Origin: a virus
Lineage: Duplodnaviria > Caudoviricetes
DNA: 64,000 bases
IMG/VR virus record: IMGVR_UViG_3300024272_002379
Strand: one strand, 5' to 3'
Each line of letters begins with the position of its first letter. The stretch's first letter is position 1. Positions 42,301 through 50,476 of this stretch are shown piece by piece. The notes below the pieces were generated by a model. That model had not been told where the DNA came from and made no database searches. It saw only the letters and a program-made list of their open reading frames with translations. The position numbers were made by a program, and so were the translations under genes.

Positions 42301-42766
42301 TTAAAGATTTAATTGCTAAAGTTTGTTGTTGATTTGTACCAAAAGCAAAAGACACCGCATTGGATAAGTCTGTATTTAATGCTCCATTTTCATAGACACG
42401 TCTACCAATACCAAATTCGGTAATGGTAGCGTATCCATCGTATTTACTTACTTGATGTGCAATATCACCAATAGTTTCAAGGTCCCATACGATTACTTCT
42501 CCAGAGCCTTCAGCTATTGTTTTTGCTTTTTGCCATTGAGGTAATGCACCAAGAGTCTGGAATACAGACTCTTGATTTTGGGAGTTAACGATTCGTAACG
42601 CACCCTCTAATGGATATGAACTTATCGCATTAATTGCAGACTGGTTTGGCTTTAAAACTGTATCTATATATTGTTCTTTGCTGCGTTTATTATATGGTCT
42701 AATATTTGTAATATTATCCCATATCTCTTGTGGGGATACATTATATCCTATAACTTCCATAAACAT
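33320..42766 (-). CDS. giant virion protein: DEDDh exonuclease plus single-chain two-barrel RNA polymerase
   Basis: WDLET / NNIFD / HIGSED at the N-terminus; LRYP...NPAMSVYTNVDFDGD (36161-36286); C-terminal hydrophobic helix. Confidence 0.75.
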   Translation of the reverse strand: MFMEVIGYNVSPQEIWDNITNIRPYNKRSKEQYIDTVLKPNQSAINAISSYPLEGALRIVNSQNQESVFQTLGALPQWQKAKTIAEGSGEVIVWDLETIGDIAHQVSKYDGYATITEFGIGRRVYENGALNTDLSNAVSFAFGTNQQQTLAIKSLISKYEKSGWDALTNAEQVTLDRVSKIGSLPTFHDVFFSRNDTVLGDGHYWTVNRLGESSMNPAIMKIGADRLQTLYNSGARPEAIIPQLTAYINNAVGSNTSALAGANNIFDITALEQTSRRLEVNQGVNFRHIYENTIDAVNAVRTMATAKGQSVLSFTDAMHGIIPSDTDRPASVESIMESLRMNRSQLHIGSEDTVNEGDIIFTRHYNGNKSFIDSLLEMTGNGDAIGAYNVDLNGSLFLMNRGYIDQSTSDMAVIAGDPIPQSYSMGNEYWRVNTEKTGFASVIDGSTGEAQEKFILSFINPADKSIEIHKEFETPDKAIEFLRKNTTWISDSAVTQKQINEQHVMGYLDKGRREYAKFFDPLSVRANKGTDEYGFEGLKRYLSFVEELDGLEDFANKKARPALVSRLHGVSNSPLRSTYQEQAFAGMFERLSQEKDILSYIVNQIDSTMGNANNVTKTIALQKAYDSTMDYLTSQYIAFTPKEAHYGLSDVFGIDVQVGNELKRINAQSVDSAIPGLRNIFNGMTAQEAGSVVENLAARSLITAEQVTSLKHSIDLSFQPNAGINGFLVDVASQLVGITDRFNTSSNAIDEYRQILADGSDIRIANKNLQSIVDNLLTGAQSRYRYQSGEKFYQASSLFGQKAVREAIEDRITQSLSDVTSMSFYTGTMHDGVSNKIARKLNLSTDEKTIVEEMFSSHYKKNGKSYYAPYAINSPENVKKGLQSFVLLPENSSNAFVVLTNKKHSNSVVQILSGLNDDVDYHTLSSALEGHGAVEELYGINKTSLGDSMPEAIHGITGNTATLTSINQGRIEKFLNPIFDVYSKNGKVSAMIKSGAEDLLVAHRIAGGKAIEFVLNDEFEKAQSAIRRTQNAKLKELSSPSSYRGYVTANGVERIANYHPADFLHAYEMNVTGLKTLIGEIAETYSESGFNPIQQMLYIFNEQQHIVSADLREAKNVTQFRAITESNAFNEFFVKNLFHGSVMRDSAMQISSYIPDDIGYTPESFDKSIFRLMQDAVAMDSDNKRYTKSVAEALSSFEGAIPYINQLLPESAINHGLISFIKPGAFNNLAGLFSTMRPTYTQQNRPMYFGLGEIDVKALEGEIVDDPLKSGYIMARPTSLTPTEYSIRQQLGKTTLTPDGLPFDTQQRAITTRFKQISDIDLQLKYRDAEKNIESIAQALGLDVDKARATLQYMREDLSSVYEGKWFLDPLLGNQDFFQSPDAKKVSFNINNIDEQKTRKILGNLAYKDLDSNTVIAVTESGQSIYYRGPKAKFSLENIEELLEQGSTYVIPEHASISDVKTMIGSEKATAHTISMKPFMSYTGISTQKEAMEYAHGMFQYIFDNASVAGNIAASKHNNNYASWSTWYTIEAEYAKFGKLDNLRNIIQDKSNGLYKYFQDWTLDIADNGQTFIVDNTNAAHMVEAITALEKYITTHTDGNVINSRIAKLLQYNRENNIIYGPLQRVHMNEHLSNMFRMDQRLEQSIRIRNKEYLSGGTDGIIDGVNGRIVGGSGRSWDDLYVDATKEYAMSKDVGKGIGFLSDDLGAIQELADAISKNNISEIRRYNRGVLANQDSIRGIVEASAYYANPASFNPKEYNIVTVTMQDLMNGKNVPKNARVKDLQDFIFDIDGKPAAWLEALAKRQNVELTDAKSYSIFFDFGEEITIGKGKDTKTYRGALIPRQNVTTHLDDSQFLMDQHRNITRFFNEMIEAAKNPSMRGKMSEYYKNFAQQLYSEIAIMKKDSDMYKAFGRYALPNSGQFLAQDETPAIIDSMLSDDVQKLIAERDSVRQAIHNGEDSLENINKLSKLDAEIRTKLSRIADSEVRNADTLSPLSSIQNRTLRDASIVTIDGKQYYNNAVAIGEQGFKDLGFDFGKAGMDIVADFEGSTKGKYSIPGMDRFSIMPSEVKDVVDRINALDIDGIHIADSDLLENGGAGITKTLNRQITELYGDTGTGSSMLDIRDVNRGIANGSLTSIFGTFEEIGKKYVETVGLLGEHLRYPVFGGQPAVNVLLDRTIQDRQIRFLNPAMSVYTNVDFDGDTTFLHLVLDGNSMGKIGQDRYDNLLQSYKKSITYGTEIIANMIEEGKAFQKDMLNDTGNALAGMLKSFKEDAYWDAVKAYMDDRGYAYTDVRDIDDAFLDAANHSEFMTGAWERAGFNTLTDADSIKASLTPALRKSNIGAISTPNFNLRETILSFVNDPKFSDELREEYTSILNDMSNMRTETRGLTGITEQKGIDVKHLIDAFNIAETSKWSFGLNQMFSLRDTSAAMKAAGLENMIRASNHVLFKASDDEIKSIIQEIMSTTRSDFDKQISKVDKKTAETIIYKKWFRGLYDISNLEGANVIFNRGINTGSLDDYMRMILDLSHRGEYKGSIYGTIQNAFREAFMDASSDTHILFDKNSLYIRPGDLGDAHDRGYMYAGFEGSGKSKRAMFKEVSLSTLEETGETFSIEGKNIASINSKALDFFGLNKESGAGVNIYEYKNNSQIRAIADSNIAERKIARTLNSLLLGADGSIAKSFDPRFAQIDKMAFNVTSYEYINGLFKGNGQQILDSINEMAQTYQYTTNASGRVSVDALIRQLNADIAKNRDKYANSSIDMLLQERLISASGGAEEWARAVQKRTNVGDFSKKLYDESLDFLNKGLYDIIGEESKLLESFAEIEKYVQAAEELSQGDLVRPLRDTLNTRGSSLGEIRQALQASNSKLIAETQAKIYGLFRDSKQMASVFEWDRVSSTSVVGFGEYMGIQFQSLSPKDVQRIQQSISDIIAEGKATGLYADAVLGTQRALRAYDFRKNSSNSGRIYTASSAEAKQVIAHHRKILADANKVINDANLASKMHQKMQNNMKQNTLRGSFFDAAKEAVSKIPMKTVGITVASLAAIGIANNILHNQKNQSPLTPARRPGGNGEPDMTAPVAQAPASKQRVVYHDKQSGLQFKVSAKTKNYIDDRNNAKLIGMAGGGQSSVYSQSDMSGVTDNWLANKFAELT

Positions 42767-42771
42767 TCCTC

Positions 42772-45700
42772 CTAAATTTGTAATCCAGCTATTTGTCGTG
42801 ATACGTCATCTCTGGCATCTCGTTTTATAAAGAACGATGTTTTATTGCCATTAGATGACTGCATAAAACTTGTTTGAACGTTTTCATATCCCGCCCTACC
42901 AAGTATCTGATTAAGTCTTACTTGTACCTGTCTAGGTCCATTAGTAGCATCAATCATTGGAATAGGGATATTTACTTCATCTGCTTGTTCTAAATCATCA
43001 TCCCAAATATCAAATTCACCTGGGTCTAAATTGTTTTGGTGAACAAGCTTAACTTTAACATCTTCGATGTTTGTACTTTCGTCCCAACCAATCCATGAAG
43101 CATCTGGTAAACCATGGGTTCTAAAATATTCATTTAGAGATGGTTTTTCATCTACTGGCATTCCCCATGCTGATTGTAAAGCTCTTCGTAAATAGCTTGG
43201 TGCAATACGTAAGATTTTTTCTTTTTCTTCCTCTGGAGCATCTACAAAGTGTTGGAAATATTGACGTTCTTTCTTAGGAAGAGCTGTCATGATATTTACA
43301 AGAGATTCTCCAGGGTCATATCCGTACATAGTTTGTTCTGCCGCTTGTTTAAATTCAATGGCTTTTAGTGCATTTTTTGGTAACTTTGTTACCTTACGTT
43401 GACTTTGTAATTCACCCAGCTCTTTATTAATGGCACTTATCGTTTGTTTTTTGCTCATTGATTTATCAACATATTTCGGCTCTCCATACTTAAAATTATA
43501 CCTATCTCTATGTTTGAAATCAAGTTTAACCTTGCGTTTGTAATCTGTAAGTTCTTGTTGTCTTAACTTATTAGATACGCCTTTTGCTTCTTTTGATTTC
43601 ATGAATGTTTCTACGTCAAAGTGGTCTTCTTTTTTAGCTTTCACTTTATATTGTTCATAGAGGCGTATATTTTTAACGTATTTTAAAATGTCTACGTATT
43701 CATTGAGTTTTTCTTGCTCTCTTCTACGTTTTGGTCTCCAGTCTCTATCCTCATTTGAGCCAGCAATAAAAGCTACTTTACCAATAGCTGGAACGGTAGC
43801 TCCAACAACAGTGCCTACTAATTTACCAAATCGCCCTTTTCCAAATAAGCTTCCAATAAAGCCACCCATAAGAATTCCGCCTAAACCGCCAAGAGAATTA
43901 TTTGCAATATTTTCTTCTATATGTGGAATAAGTATATCTCTAATAGGATGATTCCATGACTGGAAATCTTTTGAATAAACTTCACGTTTACGATACTGTT
44001 CATAAGGCGAACGTACTTGCAAAAACTTACTTCCAATAAATGGAATATTTCCAATAACATCATGAGTTAATGTTTCCATAGCTGAACCAAAAGCAATTTC
44101 CCCTTTTGTGTATCTAGCCTGAATTGCTGCTGGGGAATTATCATTCTCTTTTTCTTTAGCATGACCTTTGTTTAATAATACCTGATTTACGTTTACTCCT
44201 CTGGAATGAACTACAGCTCTTATTGAACGAGATGAATCTTTTGAGTATTTATTATGTTCATCAGCATCATAAGAGATTCTGATTCTTGCTCCTGGTCTAA
44301 TATATTTTCTAATGGCACTTCTTGCTGCATCATTTTTGGTACGTTCTTCGTCATACATTTCACTATTAGACATAGATACATTTATGCCAGCAAATTTAAT
44401 AGCATGTTGTTTGCCATATTCTTTCGTAACGATTGTATTGTTATCTATAATCTTAGTCACTGTTACCGTTTCGGTTTTAAGATTCGATGTTTTAAATTTA
44501 TAATCATAAACTCTTAAAGGCTCTTTTTGCTGTTTAATACGTTCTCTTATTTGTGAAGCTTCTTGTTGCTCTTCAGGTGATAAGTCTTCACGACTAAGTT
44601 GAGCAGAAACATCTTTAAATTCCTGTGAATAAGGAGCTACGTCTGCAAGTATTCTAAATCTATCAAGGGTGCTATATAATTCACCTCTTCCGATTTCGCC
44701 TCTTTCTATTGCTTTTCTTATAGTTTGACGAGCTTCGTAAACATTTTGTAATGTCTTCTTAAGTTCGCTTTCGCTGTAATCAAATCCAACGGTATAGGTA
44801 TTATTAGGATTCTCTTTATCAACGTAATAAATGTATCCCTTAGAATTCGTATTTCCAGTTGCCCACAAATAGAAATTAGTTTGTCTCATATGATGAGTTA
44901 ATGGCTTACCCGACTTACGAATTTCATTTAACTTTTTAGCAGATGTGGACTTAATATCTACAATAGCCACGCCAGTAGGAGAAGATAAATCATGAACCTT
45001 TGCATCGTACCATCCAATAATTCCATTACGTTTATCTTCTACTTTACCTTCTACGTCAATCGCTAAACCTGCATCTAACCATGATTGTTGTATCTGTTTA
45101 TGAATTTCGTTACCTTTTTCAAGAGTATCTTCTTCAAATGTGCTCATATATTTATCAGCTTTTAACATGTGCTTAATAATATAATCTTTTTCATATCCGA
45201 TAGAAGAAGAGCCTATATTAAACTCCATTAGACCCTTGATATTATGCAGTCTTTCATATCCCTCTCCAGGTAATCTTTCTTCGCCATTATCTATTTTTGA
45301 ATAAGGGTCTCCATGTTTAAAATCTGTAAAATAATCAGAGCCTGGCATCCATGACGGCATTGTGTTTCTAATAGGGTTTACATACTCTGTTTTATTATTT
45401 CGCTTAGGAATAAAACGACGAGTGATTTCGGATAACGTACCGCCAAAACCGCCTAGATTTTCTTCCCAGAAATCATTATTAAAACTATACGCATACCCAG
45501 AGTTCTCTATCATTCTTGCCTTTTCATTTGCTTCTCCTGTAACGAATGTCTGTAAAGCAAAGCCTTTTAAACCAGCTATATCGCCTAACCAGTTAAACTG
45601 TTCGCCTAATCCATATACAAATGCATTATCTATTAATCTATTGTCGTTACCTACTGGAATTCCAGGCCCAGTAATATTGGATATACTTACTCTTTGTTGA

Positions 45701-48700
45701 GTACCGATTACTTTATTAAGACTGTATCTTTGTAAATCCTGATTAACATTATATAAATTCATTGTATCTGGGACATCTACCACATTTAAAGCACCAGATG
45801 GAGTACTATAAACTTCATAAGGAGTGTTGTATCTATCGTAAGTTCTTACTGGTAAAATACTTCTTTGCTCGAAGTCAATACCTGCATTATCTCTAATGGT
45901 TCTTTTAGTAATCTGTTTCGCTTGATAAGCAGATGTATATAAGTTATTGCTGTCGGCAATAGCAGAAGCGGCTGCACTTTGTTCTGCTCGATTAAAGGTA
46001 TTAATGTCCCTTTCTGAGTTATCAAAAGAAGACCTGCCTTCAGTTAACAATGTACTTGGTAATTCATCCATGGGATTTATCTGGAATCCATTTTGCCAAT
46101 ATTCTAGGTGCATCTTTTGAGGTGGGCTAATAACACTTCCAATAGTAGAACCAAACAATGGTCCTATGATTGGTATATTTTGTCCCACTGGAGCAGTTTG
46201 CAAATATGGTCTATCGTAATAATGTTTTTTATCATAATAATTACGATTAAAAATAAAGTGATTTAATGGAGCCAATGGATTTACAGGATTAGGGAACCAT
46301 GTATTATTATAATACTCTTGACGAGAACCCCATTTAGAATCACTAAACTCTACGTCAGCTTGTACACGACGATATAAATTAGGTCTGAAATACATAATCT
46401 TTCCACCAGTGAAAGGTGTATTACCAGAACCCCAATAGCGTCCTTTACGAATTGGGTCGTAACCATTTTCAATGTATTCTTCACGTTCCTCTGCTGTTTG
46501 TCCTAATCCTAATTGATATACGCCAGGCAATTCGTTTATCTGGTCAGAACCTGGTGTCATTTCTCCTAAGAATTTAAATAACTTTGTAGCCCCTACTAAA
46601 TCCATTGCATGATGAGCCCCAATATCAATTGGTCTTACTACATTACGCATCATGAATTTTGTTATATTGTCTCGGTTACCTGTTTCATCTCCAGACCCAA
46701 AAAATGGTTCTGATAAGTAATTAATTACACCAGGAACTTGAGTAGCTAAAAAGATAGGCAATGCTCTTTTAGTTAGTAAATTCCATGCCATACTAGTAGA
46801 TGAGCGTTTACTATCTATACTTAAGCCTAGTAAGTATGAAGCACTTCCTAATCCTTCTGATAACTGATTTAATATAGACCAAGTAAATCCTGAACGTTCA
46901 GTGAAAAACTCATGCATTGTATTATCGGCATTACGGCCTACAAAGAATTGCTTTGCAAAACCTTCAAGCTCATGAAGGGCTTTATCGGTATCTCCTTGAC
47001 TAAAATAATTATAAGCCTGAGAAACTTTAAATCCTTCTTTTGTGGTGCTGTACATACGAGGCTGAAAATCTTTACCGTCTACTTTGAATTTTTCATGCCC
47101 TTCACCAAATACGCTCTTGTAATTAAACTGTCTTACCTGATTTAGCATTTCCTGAACGTCATCATATTCATAGCCATTTACACGAACTTTCTCTGTCATT
47201 TTATTGATAAGATTGTCCATGAATTCGTCAAAGTTTGTTGCTGTATCCAATGTTCTTTCGACATCTTCTCCCATAGGTCTGGACTCTTGATAACCCATAT
47301 CTAAGAACTTACTAGCTTCGTATTTAAACTTCTGGAATTTATTTAACTCAACACCTTCTTCTCTAAGAAGGGCTTCGTATTTATCTAATGCTATCTTTTG
47401 AGCTTCCCCCATACTTAAGCCACTCATCTGACGTGTAGCATTATGCATAGGTTTTAAACCGTATGATTCGTCTGCATAGGTAATGTCATGTAATTTAAAA
47501 CCACTACCTAACTCTTGAAGCTGGGCATTCCCATCAGTGGTATATGCCTTACCATTAATGATAGCTATATTTTTATATCTATAATCATCCCCAAAAGTTT
47601 CTGCCATCCATTCGCCTATCTTGTATTCTCGTCCACCCATTCTTGTAATATTGGCATCATACTGTTCTGAATTAATTAATCCCATTAAAGGTTTACGACG
47701 ACCTATTTTATCAAATCCAAATAATGTTTTGAATGGATTAAACTGAACTAATGGTAACTTGAAATCATTAGCAAGAGAATGAGCAAATTCTATCATATTA
47801 TTTTTTGACATACGATAATCTATAATGTGACCAGATTCATTGATTCTAATGCTGGAATCTACTATTATGTTTTGCCAATCTCCACTTGCAAAAGCATTGG
47901 TTGGTTTCCCATCTTTCATATATCTATGAGAGCTATATGAAAAGAAATCATTTACACTATCCAATAGTGATTCATATTTTTCATTTGTTCTTGAGTCTAT
48001 ATTGAAATCAATGCCTTCTTTTCTGACCAATTTTCTAACGCCGAATTCATCTCGTGTTAATTCAGCTACATCTCCAAGAGTAAGCTTGCGATAACCAGAT
48101 TCACTTAATTCTTGTGCTGCTTGTCTTGGATTTAAGGTCATTGCATTCATGAATTCCTCTATTGCTTTAGAGGTAAACTGAGTAGCTTGCGTAGGAGCAT
48201 TTTGTCTGGCATCAAGTTCTAGTCCACGCAATTCTTTCATACGATAATGAAGGTCTGTATTTAAATAATTAGTTCTTTGAGTTGCCAAATTACTTTGACT
48301 ATCTTGTATCATTTTGGAAAGAAGACCAATGTCTTGTTTAGTTCCTTCCATTAACTCTCTCATTCGATGAAAATTAGTTTGTCTAGTTCCAGATATATCT
48401 TTAAAGTCTTGCATTAAATCATAGAATACGCTGGATTCCCTATCTCGAAACAAACTCATTTTAGGCATTGTATAGTTTTGATTTTGACTAATAGGTTTAA
48501 GATTTGACCATTGTTTTATTGTACGCATTACCGTACCTGCTCTATCCGTACCTTCTCTGGCAATATTATCTGCAAGCTCAAGCAAAGGTCTCATGATATC
48601 TTTTAATGCTCCGCTTTTAAATAATCCATAACCAGTAGCACCAACAAGTCCAATCTTAATCATATTGTACAATGGGTCATTATCGCTTGTATCCTGATGG

Positions 48701-48756
48701 TCTATATGTGTTTGAGTGTTTAGAATTCTTCTTTCTAATCTGTTGTCTGATAACAT
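42772..48756 (-). CDS. tape-measure-position giant protein with PD-(D/E)XK nuclease and thermonuclease-like domains
   Basis: Directly follows the tail chaperones; GNEIH...VE...YDA...VDIKS...QTNFY; VTKIIDNNTI...FAGIN...VNQVLLNKGHA; Gly-rich hydrophobic segments. Confidence 0.75.
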   Translation of the reverse strand: MLSDNRLERRILNTQTHIDHQDTSDNDPLYNMIKIGLVGATGYGLFKSGALKDIMRPLLELADNIAREGTDRAGTVMRTIKQWSNLKPISQNQNYTMPKMSLFRDRESSVFYDLMQDFKDISGTRQTNFHRMRELMEGTKQDIGLLSKMIQDSQSNLATQRTNYLNTDLHYRMKELRGLELDARQNAPTQATQFTSKAIEEFMNAMTLNPRQAAQELSESGYRKLTLGDVAELTRDEFGVRKLVRKEGIDFNIDSRTNEKYESLLDSVNDFFSYSSHRYMKDGKPTNAFASGDWQNIIVDSSIRINESGHIIDYRMSKNNMIEFAHSLANDFKLPLVQFNPFKTLFGFDKIGRRKPLMGLINSEQYDANITRMGGREYKIGEWMAETFGDDYRYKNIAIINGKAYTTDGNAQLQELGSGFKLHDITYADESYGLKPMHNATRQMSGLSMGEAQKIALDKYEALLREEGVELNKFQKFKYEASKFLDMGYQESRPMGEDVERTLDTATNFDEFMDNLINKMTEKVRVNGYEYDDVQEMLNQVRQFNYKSVFGEGHEKFKVDGKDFQPRMYSTTKEGFKVSQAYNYFSQGDTDKALHELEGFAKQFFVGRNADNTMHEFFTERSGFTWSILNQLSEGLGSASYLLGLSIDSKRSSTSMAWNLLTKRALPIFLATQVPGVINYLSEPFFGSGDETGNRDNITKFMMRNVVRPIDIGAHHAMDLVGATKLFKFLGEMTPGSDQINELPGVYQLGLGQTAEEREEYIENGYDPIRKGRYWGSGNTPFTGGKIMYFRPNLYRRVQADVEFSDSKWGSRQEYYNNTWFPNPVNPLAPLNHFIFNRNYYDKKHYYDRPYLQTAPVGQNIPIIGPLFGSTIGSVISPPQKMHLEYWQNGFQINPMDELPSTLLTEGRSSFDNSERDINTFNRAEQSAAASAIADSNNLYTSAYQAKQITKRTIRDNAGIDFEQRSILPVRTYDRYNTPYEVYSTPSGALNVVDVPDTMNLYNVNQDLQRYSLNKVIGTQQRVSISNITGPGIPVGNDNRLIDNAFVYGLGEQFNWLGDIAGLKGFALQTFVTGEANEKARMIENSGYAYSFNNDFWEENLGGFGGTLSEITRRFIPKRNNKTEYVNPIRNTMPSWMPGSDYFTDFKHGDPYSKIDNGEERLPGEGYERLHNIKGLMEFNIGSSSIGYEKDYIIKHMLKADKYMSTFEEDTLEKGNEIHKQIQQSWLDAGLAIDVEGKVEDKRNGIIGWYDAKVHDLSSPTGVAIVDIKSTSAKKLNEIRKSGKPLTHHMRQTNFYLWATGNTNSKGYIYYVDKENPNNTYTVGFDYSESELKKTLQNVYEARQTIRKAIERGEIGRGELYSTLDRFRILADVAPYSQEFKDVSAQLSREDLSPEEQQEASQIRERIKQQKEPLRVYDYKFKTSNLKTETVTVTKIIDNNTIVTKEYGKQHAIKFAGINVSMSNSEMYDEERTKNDAARSAIRKYIRPGARIRISYDADEHNKYSKDSSRSIRAVVHSRGVNVNQVLLNKGHAKEKENDNSPAAIQARYTKGEIAFGSAMETLTHDVIGNIPFIGSKFLQVRSPYEQYRKREVYSKDFQSWNHPIRDILIPHIEENIANNSLGGLGGILMGGFIGSLFGKGRFGKLVGTVVGATVPAIGKVAFIAGSNEDRDWRPKRRREQEKLNEYVDILKYVKNIRLYEQYKVKAKKEDHFDVETFMKSKEAKGVSNKLRQQELTDYKRKVKLDFKHRDRYNFKYGEPKYVDKSMSKKQTISAINKELGELQSQRKVTKLPKNALKAIEFKQAAEQTMYGYDPGESLVNIMTALPKKERQYFQHFVDAPEEEKEKILRIAPSYLRRALQSAWGMPVDEKPSLNEYFRTHGLPDASWIGWDESTNIEDVKVKLVHQNNLDPGEFDIWDDDLEQADEVNIPIPMIDATNGPRQVQVRLNQILGRAGYENVQTSFMQSSNGNKTSFFIKRDARDDVSRQIAGLQI

Positions 48757-49438
48757 CTAATATCACCTCATCATTCCAGTGTGTTCCACCTATTAATGGG
48801 AAGTCTAATATCTCATGAGTAAATGTAGACTTTAATTCTTCTGAGAAATAATACATAGGGTCAATACCGTTATTCTGTAACTCCTTTATAAATTCTGGAT
48901 TATTAGAGTTCATTTTGCTCATTTCTTCCATGTATTCTTCTGTTTGGTCTTGAATATGCCAATCAAATCCTTTAAGCTCAGCAACTCTTTCCGCACGTAC
49001 TGTCATGTACATAAGTTTTTCCCATGTCCACTCTTCCATTTCCTCATATGTACATTCTGGAATAAATGCTTTAATTAAGTCCATACATTGAAGTTCAAGA
49101 GTTGTAGTTTCTTTCATCTGTCTGTATTCATTAAGTACGTGCTGTATATCTTTTAAACCAGATGTAGTTTGTATAACATCAGCAACGTACTCGTTCAAAC
49201 CTGCAAAACCGCAAGTATCAAAATCATATTCTTCTGGATAGATACAACATGTATTACATATAGCATCTTCCATGTCTAATTGAGAACTACATGATTTTAT
49301 GATGTATTTATACTCTTTTCTGGTTAATGTTCTAAATATAAAATCTGTATCTAAAAAACGGACATAAATAATCTTATGTCCGCTGTAAAGGTCTTTGTAG
49401 TAGTTTAGCAATGTAACATCTACTTTATTATCAGCCAT
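48680..49438 (-). CDS. tail assembly chaperone 2
   Basis: FIFRTLTRKEY...ICNTCCIYP, paralogous to 49450..50013; position before the tape-measure locus. Confidence 0.7.
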   Translation of the reverse strand: MADNKVDVTLLNYYKDLYSGHKIIYVRFLDTDFIFRTLTRKEYKYIIKSCSSQLDMEDAICNTCCIYPEEYDFDTCGFAGLNEYVADVIQTTSGLKDIQHVLNEYRQMKETTTLELQCMDLIKAFIPECTYEEMEEWTWEKLMYMTVRAERVAELKGFDWHIQDQTEEYMEEMSKMNSNNPEFIKELQNNGIDPMYYFSEELKSTFTHEILDFPLIGGTHWNDEVILDVIRQQIRKKNSKHSNTYRPSGYKR

Positions 49439-49449
49439 GACAAATCCTC

Positions 49450-50013
49450 CTAAAGTACCTCTATACCATATTCTTTTGTAAATCCTGAGTTCTCCATAAT
49501 GATTTGAGCAAGAGCACTAGGATAGCCGCTGTCTTCTGCTGCCATCTTTTTAAAATCATAGTTAAAAGGCCAAAGGACACATGTATGACAAATAATTTCT
49601 TCTCGATATAAAGCATCAATATTTTCAATTGCTACAATTTGTTTGTATTCGAATCTGTTAAGGGTTCTAAATACAAAATGCTTATCAAGTATCTGTGTGT
49701 GGAAAATCTTCTCTTTTGTGAATTGTTTTTTCCAAATATCAATCTGGGAAACACCAGGACCATTTTCAAAAATCGGAGTATCATTAGGGTCAATATAGTA
49801 CTCATCTTCATTTTCTGGTTCATATTGAATATTGATTGGATTATCGTAATCATATCCTTGTCTGGTAATTTCAGGAACGCCCTGATATGTATCTTCTGAT
49901 TCTAGTTCAGCACGCATATCAGCATATATATCTTCTTCGTTTCCTGCTTGTTTCTGCTGTGTTTCTAATTTAAGTTTCGCTGCATTCATTAAGTCTTGCA
50001 TATTTTGGTCCAT
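49450..50013 (-). CDS. tail assembly chaperone 1
   Basis: IDIWK...FVFRTLNRFEY...ICHTCVLWP...IMENSGF; position between tube and tape-measure locus. Confidence 0.75.
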   Translation of the reverse strand: MDQNMQDLMNAAKLKLETQQKQAGNEEDIYADMRAELESEDTYQGVPEITRQGYDYDNPINIQYEPENEDEYYIDPNDTPIFENGPGVSQIDIWKKQFTKEKIFHTQILDKHFVFRTLNRFEYKQIVAIENIDALYREEIICHTCVLWPFNYDFKKMAAEDSGYPSALAQIIMENSGFTKEYGIEVL

Positions 50014-50029
50014 GGTATTTTCCTCCTAG

Positions 50030-50395
50030 TTATAGTAAACTCTGTGTGCTTTCGCTTATCAAATCATTCATTTTTTGTCTAAGCGATTCGATTTCTTGTC
50101 TTTTATCATTAATGTCTTCTTCGGATGCGTCTTTCTTTTTAAGTAAAGCAAGTTCTTTCTCTCTCTTTGTTTTTTCTTCCTCTACATGTTCCATCTTAGC
50201 CATTGTGAGATAGAATCCAACATAGATACTTGCAAATCCAAAAATAGAGAGAATGAGCTGTGGTAATGCATCATAGTTTGCTGATAAATGCATTTCTAGC
50301 ATTGTATAAACTACGACTACAAGTACAAGTATAATAGCAAATACACCAAGTAATTTAGACATTGCCATAAATCTAAACTTTGGAAGTTTTTTCAT
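50030..50395 (-). CDS. holin-like membrane protein
   Basis: Two hydrophobic helices followed by a charged coiled-coil tail. Confidence 0.55.
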   Translation of the reverse strand: MKKLPKFRFMAMSKLLGVFAIILVLVVVVYTMLEMHLSANYDALPQLILSIFGFASIYVGFYLTMAKMEHVEEEKTKREKELALLKKKDASEEDINDKRQEIESLRQKMNDLISESTQSLL

Positions 50396-50476
50396 ATTAT
50401 ATCATCCTTTCTTGAAATTCTCTACCTATTTTTATAGGCTTTGTAATTACTTGAAGTATGAGTACTTTATAATGCA

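Noticed and set aside
44740-45220. cas4 as part of a CRISPR-Cas locus
   Set aside because: It is an internal domain of a tail-locus protein, lacks Fe-S cysteines, and there are no other cas genes or array
33320-48756. Inteins or introns explaining the nuclease domains
   Set aside because: No Hint-type splice-junction motifs or LAGLIDADG/HNH signatures recognised around the domains; reading frames are continuous
50425-50438. CCTAT-TTTT-ATAGG hairpin as a terminator
   Set aside because: Only a 5-bp AT-rich stem with no U-tract on the coding strand
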